A DNA stretch of 33,572 bases from positions 4,845 to 38,416 of the forward strand of contig NW_025214596.1 of NCBI RefSeq assembly GCF_004010195.1, read 5' to 3'. Both the position numbers and the translations under genes were made by a program. Positions 1-10,779 of the stretch are shown here, in pieces (the first letter of the stretch is position 1; each line of letters opens with the position of its first letter). Below the pieces are notes generated by a model. That model was not told the origin of the DNA and made no database searches. It was given only the letters and a program-made list of their open reading frames with translations. The DNA is from Chiloscyllium plagiosum. Taxonomy: Eukaryota.

Positions 1-430
1 ACAGGGAGAGATAGAGGTGCAAGTGAGAGGGAGAGAGGGGACGGAAATGAGAGAGAGATTCTGAGAGAGCGAGAGAGCGTGCGAGAAGGGGTCGAGAGAG
101 AGACAGAGAGAAATATAGAGAGGGGGAGAGCGTGAGATGGGGAGAGCGAGAGTGGGATAGATAGAGGACGAGACAGAGACAGAGGGATCAGAGAGAGAGG
201 GACACAAGGGAGAGTTAGAGAGTGGTGTCAGAGTGAGGGATGAGGTAGAGAGTGAGTGAGGGTGTGAGAGAGAGAGGGAGAGTGAGGGGCTGTGAGAGAG
301 TGAGTGATGTGATGCGAGAGCGAGACAGAGAAGGTGGGAGTGACAGAGAGACAATGTGAGTAAGGGGATGAGAGTGAGAAAGAGAGTGGGAGTGAGGGGG
401 TAAGAGAGAGTGAGTGAGAGAGAGAGAGAG
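1..430. repeat. Degenerate (GA)n/(GAGT)n purine-rich microsatellite
   Basis: Almost only A/G with gaga, gagt and gaca units. Confidence 0.95.
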
Positions 431-601
431 ATGTCTCAGTGAGGACTAGTACTGCGGAGGTGAAAGCAGAACCCTCACGAGATGGTGGGAATGAAGCCTG
501 GAATGAAGATGCTTCTTGCCCAGCAGTGTATCTTTGTCATGTATTCCGAATGTGTAAGGCCACTAACCCCTCGCTGTGCTGTTTACTGTGAGTGATCTTA
601 C

Positions 602-883
602 TGGCTGCAGGATTTATTGAAGACTCCAGATCTCCCTCTCCACTTTTCCCTGGCTGACCAAGCGTCTTCGATGTGGTGATGAACGAGACAGGAGTTAGGA
701 ACATCCTGATTACCTGCATGAGACAGAAATATAAAGAATGGGAATTTAGACTGATACCGTGAGGATAACTCATGTAGAGTAGCACTGTATCCAGTAGAGA
801 TCTCTAAAATCCCAGTGTCCGACCCTGGCCTGTGATGTTATGTCCCTGACTGGAGAATTCTATTAGCTCAGGATCTGGAGTAG
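602..883 (-). pseudogene. Exon-pair module copy 1 (exon A ~793-883, exon B 602-713), disabled
   Basis: Acceptors cttgcag and tttctgtctcatgcag; donor gtaaga at 601. Exon A reads LLQILS**NSPVRDITSQARVGHWDFRDLY and exon B reads GNQDVPNSCLVHHHIEDAWSAREKWRGRSGVFNKSCS. Homologous to three other copies. Confidence 0.55.
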
Positions 884-989
884 CTGCAAGAAAGGGAGGC
901 ACTGACAGAGGCAGCAATTAGACCCACACAGTGAGGGATACCGCAAGGAGAGATACTGAGTGACATCACCAGAGTGCAGGAAAGTGTCG

Positions 990-1742
990 GGATCAAACCA
1001 TGGTGTCAGAAGAAGTGGTTCTGAATCTGTGAGTTCTATGACCAGTTCTCAGGGAGGAGTCAGCTTTTTTTAATGGGATGGTACAGTGCTGGGACCATTG
1101 GCCTGGTCATTCATATGTCTAACTTTATGCAGAGCGCTTTAAATTGACGCTGAAGAGGAGGGACGCGGCTCAGCTGAAAGGAAATTCCCAAGTCCATAGA
1201 GAAAGGTTGAAATATTGAAACTTGGGGACATTGCTGAGGATAAACAGAAAGCAACAGGAAGAGACTGAATTTAACTAAAATTGTACATCAGCAATTATGT
1301 TTGTGACATGAAATTTTGGTAAAAAAGTAAATTACTGTCTCTTAATTTGAATGCACAATCGATCTGCCGTAAGGGATATGCTCGTGTGGCTGTGAGATCT
1401 TTCTGATCGCCATCAGGGAGGCGTGGTCACAGGGTGAACAGAAAGGTGGGACATCAATGTTCACGGCTACAGAACATTGTGGAAATGCCGGCAGAACGGG
1501 AAGCAGGATGGGGATCTCTCATCCTTCAGGATAACATTGGGATTATCAAGAAAATACGTGGTCTGAGAATATGAGGGAGTATGAATCTAAATTCTGGGTA
1601 ATAAGGGTCAGAACGCAGAAGTGGAATGGGAGTGTAAAGGCCCCTTTACAGCATCACATTGTTAGACACTACATTAACAGGGAATTATTGGAATATATAA
1701 CAAGAGAACTGTGATAATTGACAGGGGATTCAATGTTCCTAT
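990..1742 (+). mobile_element. Decayed CR1-like LINE fragment (ORF1 C-terminus to endonuclease start)
   Basis: Degenerate WC..F..QF.GR..LF..DG ORF1 end, then LNA.SI and G.FN.P endonuclease-like motifs; paralogous to 15360-17000 and 27800-28540. Confidence 0.65.
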
Positions 1743-2071
1743 NNNNNNNNNNNNNNNNNNNNNNNNNNNNNNNNNNNNNNNNNNNNNNNNNNNNNNNNNN
1801 NNNNNNNNNNNNNNNNNNNNNNNNNNNNNNNNNNNNNNNNNNNNNNNNNNNNNNNNNNNNNNNNNNNNNNNNNNNNNNNNNNNNNNNNNNNNNNNNNNNN
1901 NNNNNNNNNNNNNNNNNNNNNNNNNNNNNNNNNNNNNNNNNNNNNNNNNNNNNNNNNNNNNNNNNNNNNNNNNNNNNNNNNNNNNNNNNNNNNNNNNNNN
2001 NNNNNNNNNNNNNNNNNNNNNNNNNNNNNNNNNNNNNNNNNNNNNNNNNNNNNNNNNNNNNNNNNNNNNNN
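1743..2071. other. Assembly gap
   Basis: Run of N. Confidence 1.
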
Positions 2072-2259
2072 GCAGGAGGAGTGCACTAGGAAGAGGAAAC
2101 ATTGTCAGGGTTTAATCATATGATATGAACAGGGAGAGCTGAAGGTGCTGGAGGTGGTGAGATAGTTACAGAGAGGGGCAAGGGCCTGAACGGTGTTCCA
2201 AAGCCAATACGAATTGCTGCAGCTGTAGGTGTTTGCAGGGATAGCAACGAAAGTATGTA

Positions 2260-2470
2260 TTTTTATTTATTCATTCATGGGATGTGGGTGTCACCAGTTG
2301 GATCAGCATACATTACCCCACTGCTAATTGCCCAGAGGCAGCTGAGAGTCAGCCATATTGCTGTGAGTCTGGAGTCACATGTGAGCCAAAGCACATAAGA
2401 ATGTCTGATGTCCTTCCCTCAAGGACATAAGTGAACCAGTTGAGTTTTTCACATAACCAACAATGGTTTT
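2260..2470 (-). mobile_element. 3' part of a Deu-domain (SacSINE1-like) SINE
   Basis: Reverse complement of ...acatgtgactccag...ctgggcaattag...cccacatcccatgaatgaataaa; same insertion at 17225 and 22220. Confidence 0.6.
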
Positions 2471-3930
2471 ATGGTGGCCTCACTAATGTCCTGTACAGAC
2501 ACAACATCGCATCCCAAATCCTACTCTCAATGCTTGACCAATGAAGGTAACTATCCCAAATGCCTGCTTCACAGCCTTTACCTGTGACGCCACAATCAAA
2601 GAACTGTGCAACTGCATCCCTAGGTTTCTGATTAACAACACTACCCCGGGCCCGAACATTAACTGTACAAGTCCAGCCCTGGTTTGCCTTCACAAAATAC
2701 AATGTGGTGTATTTGTCCACCTGCCATTCCTAAACTCAATGGCCCAGCAGTACTGTTGATTCCGTTGAACTCTTAGGTGACCCTCGTCACTGTCCACTTT
2801 ATTACCAATTTCAGTCTCACTCACAAACTTGCTAACCATGACTCCTCTATTCTCATCCAAGCCGTTTATAAAAATGATGCACAACAATGACCCAGCACCG
2901 AACCCCATGCCACACCGTTGGTCACAGGCCGACAGTTTGAGCAGCAACCCTGTATGAAAACGCTCTATAGAACATATAACATAGAACAATACAGCACAGA
3001 AACAGGCCCTTCGGCCCACGATGTTATGCCGAACATTTATCCTAACTTAAGCACCATCCATGTACCTATCCAATTGCCGCTTAAAGGTCACCAATGAATC
3101 TGATTCTGCCACTCCCACAGACAGCGCATTCCATGCACCCACCACTCTCTGGGTAACGAACCTACCCCTGACATCCCCCCCAACCTTCCACCCTTCACCT
3201 TAAGTTTATGTCCCCTTGTAACACTCTATCTATCACCGTCAATTCTATTTTGTATCCAGTTAGTAAGTGCTCCCTGGTTATGTGTGATCTACACTTAATA
3301 ACCAGTTTGCCATGCAGACTCTTGCTAAAGTTCATGTGGACGTCGTCTACTGCTCTGCCTTGACTATCACTTTTCTACCTCCACAAACACTCAAGCCAGT
3401 TTGGGAATCATGATTTTTCACGCACAAAGCAATGTTGACTATCACTAATCCATCCTTGCCTTTCCAAATCCATGATGATCGTTTCTCTCAGAATCTCCTC
3501 GAACAACTTACCCACTGCTGCCATCAGTCTCACTGGCCAATAATGCTTATCGCTGATACAAATATCTCTGCGAGGGCCCTATAATTTCCTTGCTAGCTTC
3601 TCACAAGGTTCTGGCATACATCTTATCACGTCCCAAGGTTTTACCTAACTTTTTGAATTTTTAGACATCCAGTACCTCCTGTTCTCTAACATGAACACTG
3701 TTCAAGACATTAAAAGTATGCATTTTCACAAGTTTCCGAGCATCCATTTCTCTCTTCACAGTAAATCTTAACGTAACTATTTGTATTGGATCTCGCCCAT
3801 TATCAGTGATTCCACATAGACAGACTTATTGACCTTTCAGGGGCCCTATTCTCTCCCTCGCTAATCTTTAGCCCTTATTGAAACTTATCAAATGGTTATG
3901 AAATTTTAAATATCCCTCGACTACTACTAT
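2470..3930 (-). mobile_element. Decayed CR1 ORF2 (RT region), interrupted by a younger CR1 3' end
   Basis: Minus-strand ORFs containing LYRTLVRP, VSKFVSETEIG and LLCIIFINGLDE. Confidence 0.8.
2969..3219 (-). mobile_element. 5'-truncated CR1 3' end with (tagaaca) tail
   Basis: tagaacatataacatagaacaatacagcacagaaacaggcccttcggccca tail; flanks aacgctctat/aacactctat; absent from the paralogous site near 22890. Confidence 0.8.
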
Positions 3931-4029
3931 TCTGCCATTTATGGTCACACCAAAATATAGAATCCAACAAATTTTAAAAATATTCCCATTTTATTAAATC
4001 ACGCATCGCCCATTGCACAGACGTGAGTG

Positions 4030-4950
4030 TTGTACACAGTGGAGGAGTTCACACTGATAGGGATAGTTTTAGAGACTAAGCAATGTTAAGAAATAATGGC
4101 GGTTGCAATGATGAGGTCAGGTTTCAGCAAGTTGGAGGATATAGACTTGAAGGAGGTTACACAGATAGTGATGGCTTTAGTGTCTGGTGGACGCCAAACA
4201 GTAAAGGGGTTGTAGTAACTGGAGGTATTCACACAGATAGGGACAGTACTAGTGATAGGCACAATTCAAAACAACTGAGAGGATTGTATGGTCTGCAGGA
4301 CACTATAGACATGAGAAGAGTTGTATCAACTTAATGATGGACATAGGCAGGAAAGATTGAGAGGGTTGGAGCAGCTCAACATGATCGGCAGGGGCATGGA
4401 GACTGGAGATGTTATCGAATTGCGGAAGTTTAAAATCGCTGTAGGCAGTCAGAGGTCATGAGAGAGTTAAAAAATCTGCTGGTGGTTCCACAGATCTGGA
4501 GGATTGCAGGGACTTGATGATGTTGTACATGGAAGTAGGGTTGTCGGGACTGAAGCCGGGAACTGAGATAAAGAGAACAGCACGGGCTTACAGAGATATG
4601 GTGGGTAGTGGTCTCTGGTGAAAATTCCACATGGGGCATATTGTGTGGAATTGCAGGACCTTGCATAAATAGGCAGATCTTAAAGCACTGGAGGGAGTTG
4701 CGGAGGCTTGGAGAAATGTAGTGACTGGAGGATACAGTGATGGTGAGGGCTGTAGGAGATGCAACAATTTGGATGGACTGGAGAAGCTGGAGAGGTTCAC
4801 ACAGACAAGGAGGATTGTAGGAATGTGAAGAGTTTACAGAGGAAGGGAAGTTGGAGAATTCTGAGTAATTATTGGTTTGGAGCACTGTCCAGACTGGGGC
4901 AGTTTTCAGAATGAGGGAGGGATAGAGGAAAAGGAACTGGTTGCAGAAAA
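4030..4950 (+). repeat. Degenerate ~36-37 bp purine-rich minisatellite
   Basis: Recurring ctggaggaggttacagagatagggagggttgtaggga-like units. Confidence 0.7.
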
Positions 4951-4959
4951 TTGAAAACA

Positions 4960-6250
4960 TTGGTACTGTGCCACTGAGGGTCGTCAGGGGGACAGTTGTC
5001 CTCATTAAAATGTACAGTTCCTCAGAGGAACGGGCAGGATGGATGCTGAAAGGATGGTTCCTTCTCCTTATGGGAGAGAGACAAACAAGGAGACTCTGTT
5101 TGACAAAAATGGAGAAGAGAGGCGTTCTCATTTTCTTTCAGTAGCCCAGGTGTGTTTCCACACAGTTCAAAGGAATGCAGTATGATACCAAAGAACAGGG
5201 TCATTTGGGGCTGCAGGAGATACGAGATGAAGGCCAGTTTAGAAGGGCTGGAGAGAGTGAAAGAGAAAGGAGATGTTCAACAGCTGGAAGGTTTTACAGG
5301 GAGTAGACATTGTCAGGATTGGAGAACATGACACGCTCACACATGAGAGAGAGAGAACGATAGGGCCCAAGGTCAAACACAGCAGGAGGATCCCAAGCTC
5401 CATGACTGTTATTTAGTCAGGGATCTGCTCTCACCCAGTCTGGTGCCAAACCCCACATACAAACAGCAACAGGTTACCCAGCACCTGATGCTCAGGGCCC
5501 AGTGCACTCAATCATTAACCAGTCGGTGAGGTATTTACAGTTTTACATTCTCCAGGAACACTGTGTCCTCGCCAACATAAACTGGGAAATTGACACTCTC
5601 CCAAGGAAAGACCATCTGCACTCGGATTCCAGGGTTGCACACTCCCCTGAGTGACAGCCTGCAGACAACAACAGAATCCATGGAACTCCATTGCATGGGT
5701 CAGATTCAAAGGTAAATGTTTAATTCTTTCAAAATAGAACTCCTCAATACCCGCATTGCACATAACCGTCACTTAAAAATATTAAAATAAAGAACATTCC
5801 AAATGAAGGCTTCGATGAGGTGAGTTCTGGTCAGTCCTGTAGATCTGGAGGTTACCAGACACACGGAGAGTGCTTTCTACCAGAGCAGCGCGAGGTCAGT
5901 ATCAGGCACACAGACAGAATGGGCAAATAGATTCACATCTGAACTCACATCTCCCAGACTGACAATCTGAAGCCGTGCACATCAATTCTGGTAAAGATCT
6001 TCAGAATTACGACATCATAATCAGTCCAATGGTGCAGACAAAAGATCTGTGGTTCACATTGTAACATCCTTCACGTTCCACAATGCATTCTCAGTCCCGT
6101 CCCACAGGTTCTATGAATCCCGCTACCTCGAACCTCCTGCAGGATCCACGTCCCTTCCTACATTAGTACCATCCTCCAGGTTCGGCAGCCCTTCCTACCT
6201 CTGCAACATGGACCGGACTCTACAAATCTTCCATCCTCGACAGTGTTCCC
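4960..6250 (-). pseudogene. Compact cluster of degenerate exon-like segments related to the repeated module
   Basis: Non-repeat island with acceptors (gcctttcag 6251, ctctggtag 5877, gttgtctgcag ~5660, tctcctgcag 5211, ctctcccataag ~5068) and donors (gtgagt 5948, gtgagc ~5340). Peptides GECQFPSLCW, EDLY, VCLV..HLIEAFIW and FELCG; stops and frameshifts present. Confidence 0.4.
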
Positions 6251-6269
6251 CTGAAAGGCACTGGGAAAA

Positions 6270-7420
6270 AGTGGATGTTACAGAGAAAGAGAGAGATATT
6301 AGGACTGGAATGCTTTGCAGATATAAGGAACATTGCAGTGACCAAAATAAGCTTCGGTAATTTTGAGGGTTGATGCTCACAAAGGAGGTCTCAGATTGTA
6401 GGATCTTGCAGAAGGTTCACAGTCTGAGTGTTGTAGGGACTGGTGGAATTTACCAAATAGGGAAGGTTCACGACTGGAGGATTTGCAGAAAACCTTCGCA
6501 GGTTAGAGTATGATAAAAGGTCAGCACAACATCGAGGGCTGAAGGGCCTGTACTGTTCCATGTTCTAAATAGGAGGTTTACAATGGCAGGCAGAGGTTTC
6601 GGAAAGCTGGAAAGGATGTGATCTGAATGAAAAGACACAAATACGAATGGTTACGAGGCGTGTCGGTGTTTACAGAGACTGCAATGGTCTGATTTGGAGA
6701 AGATGACCGATTCCGGGGAAGGTTGAGGGGACTGGAGGGAGTTTCACAGGAAGGGAAGGCCATAAAGCCATAGGAGGTGACAGAAATGTGGAGAGCTGGA
6801 TGGCCCACTGGGGTTTCATGGAGAAAGGGATGTTGGGAAGATGGAGCACTTTGCAGGGATAAGGATATTGCTAGGTTGGAGAGGTTTACACAGACAGGGA
6901 TTGTTTAGGGAATGGAGCAGATGACAGAGATAAAGACGGTTGTACAGACTGGAGGAACAAACAGACATATGGAGGGTAGTCATGACTGTAGATGTTTATA
7001 GATACAGGAAGGTGTAGGTTCTGCAGGTTATTTAGACATGGAGGATGTGGAATCGGACAGATTTTCGAGGAGATAAGAATAGCAATTTTGGTTGGAGACA
7101 GTTTCGCAGATAATGCAGCATGAGTGACCTCCTTCAGTTTGGTCTAAGTGGGGAGGGTTATAGGAGAGGGTGCAGTTTGCACAGATAGGAGTGTAAGAGC
7201 TGGACAAGTTTATGGAGATGGGTGGATGGATGGAGAGACTTGAGGAGCTTAAAGTGACAGGGTGTGTGCTGGCGACGGGTGGATGTCACATAGATAGAGA
7301 GTCTTATAGGGACCGAATTGGGAGAATCACTGACATTGGATTGGGTTCTACAGTTCGGAATGCTGCAGGGACCTGAGATGATTGTAGGGTCTCCACAGAT
7401 TGATTGTGTCTATCAGTCTG
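6270..7420 (+). repeat. Degenerate purine-rich minisatellite containing a short CR1 3' tail (~6500-6570)
   Basis: Same unit as 4030-4950; ggtcagcacaacatcgagggctgaagggcctgtactgttccatgttcta tail. Confidence 0.7.
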
Positions 7421-7654
7421 CTGAGGTAGGTGAAGCAGATACGGAAAGCTTAAATCCAATGTATATTATCTTCATTTTCCAGACCAGAACCTCAATATCC
7501 CACATTAGCCAGGGATCCCGTAACCTGCCAGCTTTTGCCTTCACCCTAACAGGGACATATTGGCCCTGGATTCTTAATATTACACTTTTAAACGCCGCCC
7601 ATTTGCCAGTCATTCCATTTCCTTCAAACAGACTCATCCAGTTGATGGTAGCAT

Positions 7655-7956
7655 AATGTGGAGGACCCGGTGTTAGACTGGGATGGACAATTTTTAAAAT
7701 CACACAACACCAACTTACAGTCCAACTAGTCTATTTGGAGGCACTAGGTTTCGGAGCACCGCTTCTTCATCAGGTGGTTGTGGAGCACAATCATGAGGCA
7801 CAGAATTTATCGCAACAGGATTGCAGAGTCATGGAATGCAATATCAAACAAATTTAGTTTATGCCTTTCATCTTTTAGAATGATCACCTGCGCTTTGAAG
7901 GCGAGTGCTTTGAAGTAAACCTATTGGACTAAAACCTGGTGTTGTTTGATTTTTAA
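7655..7956. mobile_element. Penelope-derived terminal-repeat insertion with inverted ends
   Basis: aaaatcacacaacaccaacttacagtccaa ... ttggactaaaacctggtgttgtttgattttt inverted pair interrupting a CR1. Confidence 0.6.
7741..7777 (-). ncRNA. Minimal hammerhead-ribozyme-like core
   Basis: Minus strand CTGATGA-A-GAAGC-GGT-GCTCC-GAAA: both core boxes around an imperfect stem II. Confidence 0.5.
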
Positions 7957-8492
7957 TTCACCCAATCGACCTCTGCTAGATCCTGCCTAATGGCCCCAAA
8001 CCTGGCCCTGCTGCCATTTCACACCTTAATCTGTGGACGTGTTTGATCTTTTTCCATAACTATGTTAAATCTAAGACAGTTGTGGTCACTGGACCCAAAG
8101 TGCTCTCTGACTGACACTTCAGTCACTTGCCTGACATCGTTTACTGAGAAGAGGTCCAGCGTTGCTCCCGCCTGAGGAGAGTTAGGCCTTGTTAGAGTTA
8201 CATCTTGATTTAGGAAACTTTCTTGGACACATTTGACAAAGTGCACTCCGTACAGGTATTTTACTCTCTGGGTTGACCAGTCAATACTGGGAAAATTAAA
8301 ATCTCCAACCAATACTACTCTATTGTTCCGACTGTTATTTCCAATCTATCTCTACATCTGCTCCTCTAGTACTGACTGGCTATTTGAGGGTCTATAATGC
8401 AGTCGCAACAGAGTGACCACCACCTTCTTGTTTCTACGTTTTAACCATGTGGCCTCATTTGATGACCCCTTAAGAGTGTCTCCTCTGACCAC

Positions 8493-8584
8493 AAAGTTAA
8501 AAATCACACAACACCAGGTTATAGTCCAACAGGTTTAATTGGAAGCACATTAGCTTTTGGAGCGCTGCTCCTTCCTCAGGTAGT
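8493..8584 (-). mobile_element. Short Penelope-derived terminal fragment
   Basis: Same family as 7695-7775; core decayed to CTGAGGA..CAAAA. Confidence 0.6.
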
Positions 8585-9489
8585 TCTCTGAGCACTCTTG
8601 CAATGTCATCCCTTATCAAAAGGACAACTCCCCCTCCTGACTCACTTGTCCTTCTGTCACTCTTGTAGATTCTGTATCCTGGAACATTGAGCTGCTTGTC
8701 CTGCACTTCTCTCAGCCAATTTTCCGTTATGGCTATAATATCCCAGACCCCACAACCAATCCATGTTCTGAGCTTGTCTGCCTGACCCGTCAGGACTCAT
8801 CCGTTGGAATAAATAAACTTTAAACCAGAAGTCTTTCCCCTACCCTGACTGTGCCGCTGGATACCTTGCAGAGTAAACTTGTTCTCAATAGCTGATGTAT
8901 TTTCCGCTGACTTTTCGATGGTCCCTCTCTTATTCAGAGTCCCAACCTCCTGCTAAACGAGTTTAAACATTCCAGAGTGACACTAGCAAATCTCGCCGCA
9001 GTGATACTGGTGTCACTCTAGTTCAGTTCCAACTCGTCCCCACTGTCCAGGTCACCTCTACCTCAGAAGAGATCCAAATGATCCAAGAACTGAAAACCCT
9101 GCCCCCTCCACCAGCTCCTCTACCACACATTCACCCGGCCTATCTTTCTCTGTCTATTCTCACTGGCACGTGGCACTGGGAGTAATCTGAAGATCACTAC
9201 CCTTGAGGTCCTGCTTTTTAACTTCTTACCTAATGCAGAATACTCATTTCACAGGTTCCCTTCCATTTGTCCACCTCTGTCATGTGGATCGATGTGCACA
9301 AAGGCCTCTGACTGTTCACCCTCCTCTTCAGAATATTCAGTAATGACTCAGAGGCATCCTTGACCCTGGTACCCGGGAGGCAGGACGTCATCCTGGGGTC
9401 TCTTCTGCAGCTACACAATCTCCCGTCTGTCCTCCTCAAAATGAGTCTCCTATCAGTATCACCATCATTAGAGAGGACCTGGCAAACAT

Positions 9490-10720
9490 ATTCTGAGAGG
9501 ACTATCTGCAGGTGCGTCTGTGTTTGGAAAGTGGGAGTATGTTAAAGTGAGACAGTGAGAATTCAGGGCTAGTGTGTTCCTGACGAGGGAATAGTAAAGG
9601 CAGCATGTCCAGCGAATACGGATCAAGCGATATCGTGAGTTTGCTAAAGAAAACACAGTTCAATAAAACCAGGTGAAGCCATTCAGAAGTATAGCGAGTG
9701 CAAGGGGTACTTAGAAATGACGGACACACAATGCCATGGAATATCTTTGTCAAATACTAGTAGGGAAAAAGCCACAATGTACTTTATCAGTATAGTTAGA
9801 ATAAGGATTACTGAGGAAAGTGTGAGGCCTGTTAGAAACCAAAGGGAAAATCTGCACATGGAACCAGAAGAAGTAGGTTAGGTCTTCAATGAATACTTCC
9901 CATCTGTACTCACACAGGAGAAAGACATTGTAGCCAGGGATTTCAGTTCAGATGGTGAGGTTCGAGAACATGTTAAGATCAATACGGTGGAGGTAGTAAA
10001 TGTTTTCACACGCATAAAGGTGGAGAAATCCCCAGTGCACAATGAAATGTATCCTAGGAAGCTATGGGAGGTAAGGGGGGAGGTTGATGGGACCCTGATG
10101 GATATTTTTAATACTTTGCTGGCCACAGCGAAAGTGTCGATTGACTGGAGGATAGCTAATGTGGTTCGTTTGTTCAAGAAGTGCAGCAGGGATAGGCCAG
10201 GTAACCACAGAGCAGATAGTCTGACAGCAGGGGGAGGTAAATTAATAGAAATAATTCTGACAGAAAGGTTGAAACAATAATTGAAACGGCAGGAATCGAT
10301 TAGTGATATTCAGCATGGATTTGGTAGAGGAAATTCCTATCTGATGAAATGAGATGAGTTTTCTTTGAAATTACGATTGAAAATATTGATGAGGCGATTG
10401 CAGATGTTGTGGTTTAGAAAGAGTTCATTAAGGCCTTTGACAAGGTCCCACATGGAAGATTCGTCCAAAAGGGAAGAGCCCATGGGAACCAGTGAAGTTG
10501 GCAAATTGGATCCAAAATTCGTGGTGGGTTGGTTTTGTGAAGGAAAGCTTTTGCACAGCGGCTGTCCCATGGGATCTGTGCAGGAGCCATTGCTGTTCCT
10601 TATGGGCATTAATCACTCGGATGTGAAAGCAGGAAGTATCATTAGTAGGTTTGCAATTGCCATGAAACGTAAAGGGTGTTGTCCACAGTGAGGCGGATAC
10701 TCTCACCGACAGCCTGAAGG
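9490..10720 (+). mobile_element. Decayed CR1 ORF2 fragment (pre-RT/RT)
   Basis: KSP...MYPRKLWE, DWRIANVV.LFKK, GCPMGSVQEPLLF, ISRFA. Confidence 0.85.
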
Positions 10721-10779
10721 TTGGTTCTGGCACAGAATTCCAACAGTTATTTCAATCGACAAGGCAGACAATGAGGGAA

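Larger units (their letters stand above)
7430..9480 (-). mobile_element. Decayed CR1 LINE: ORF1 esterase part and ORF2 endonuclease
   Basis: ORFs with RMTSCLPGTRVKD, LNVPGYRIY..DR..GGGVVLLIRD, VGDFNFPSIDW, LDL and GSSDH. Confidence 0.88.
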
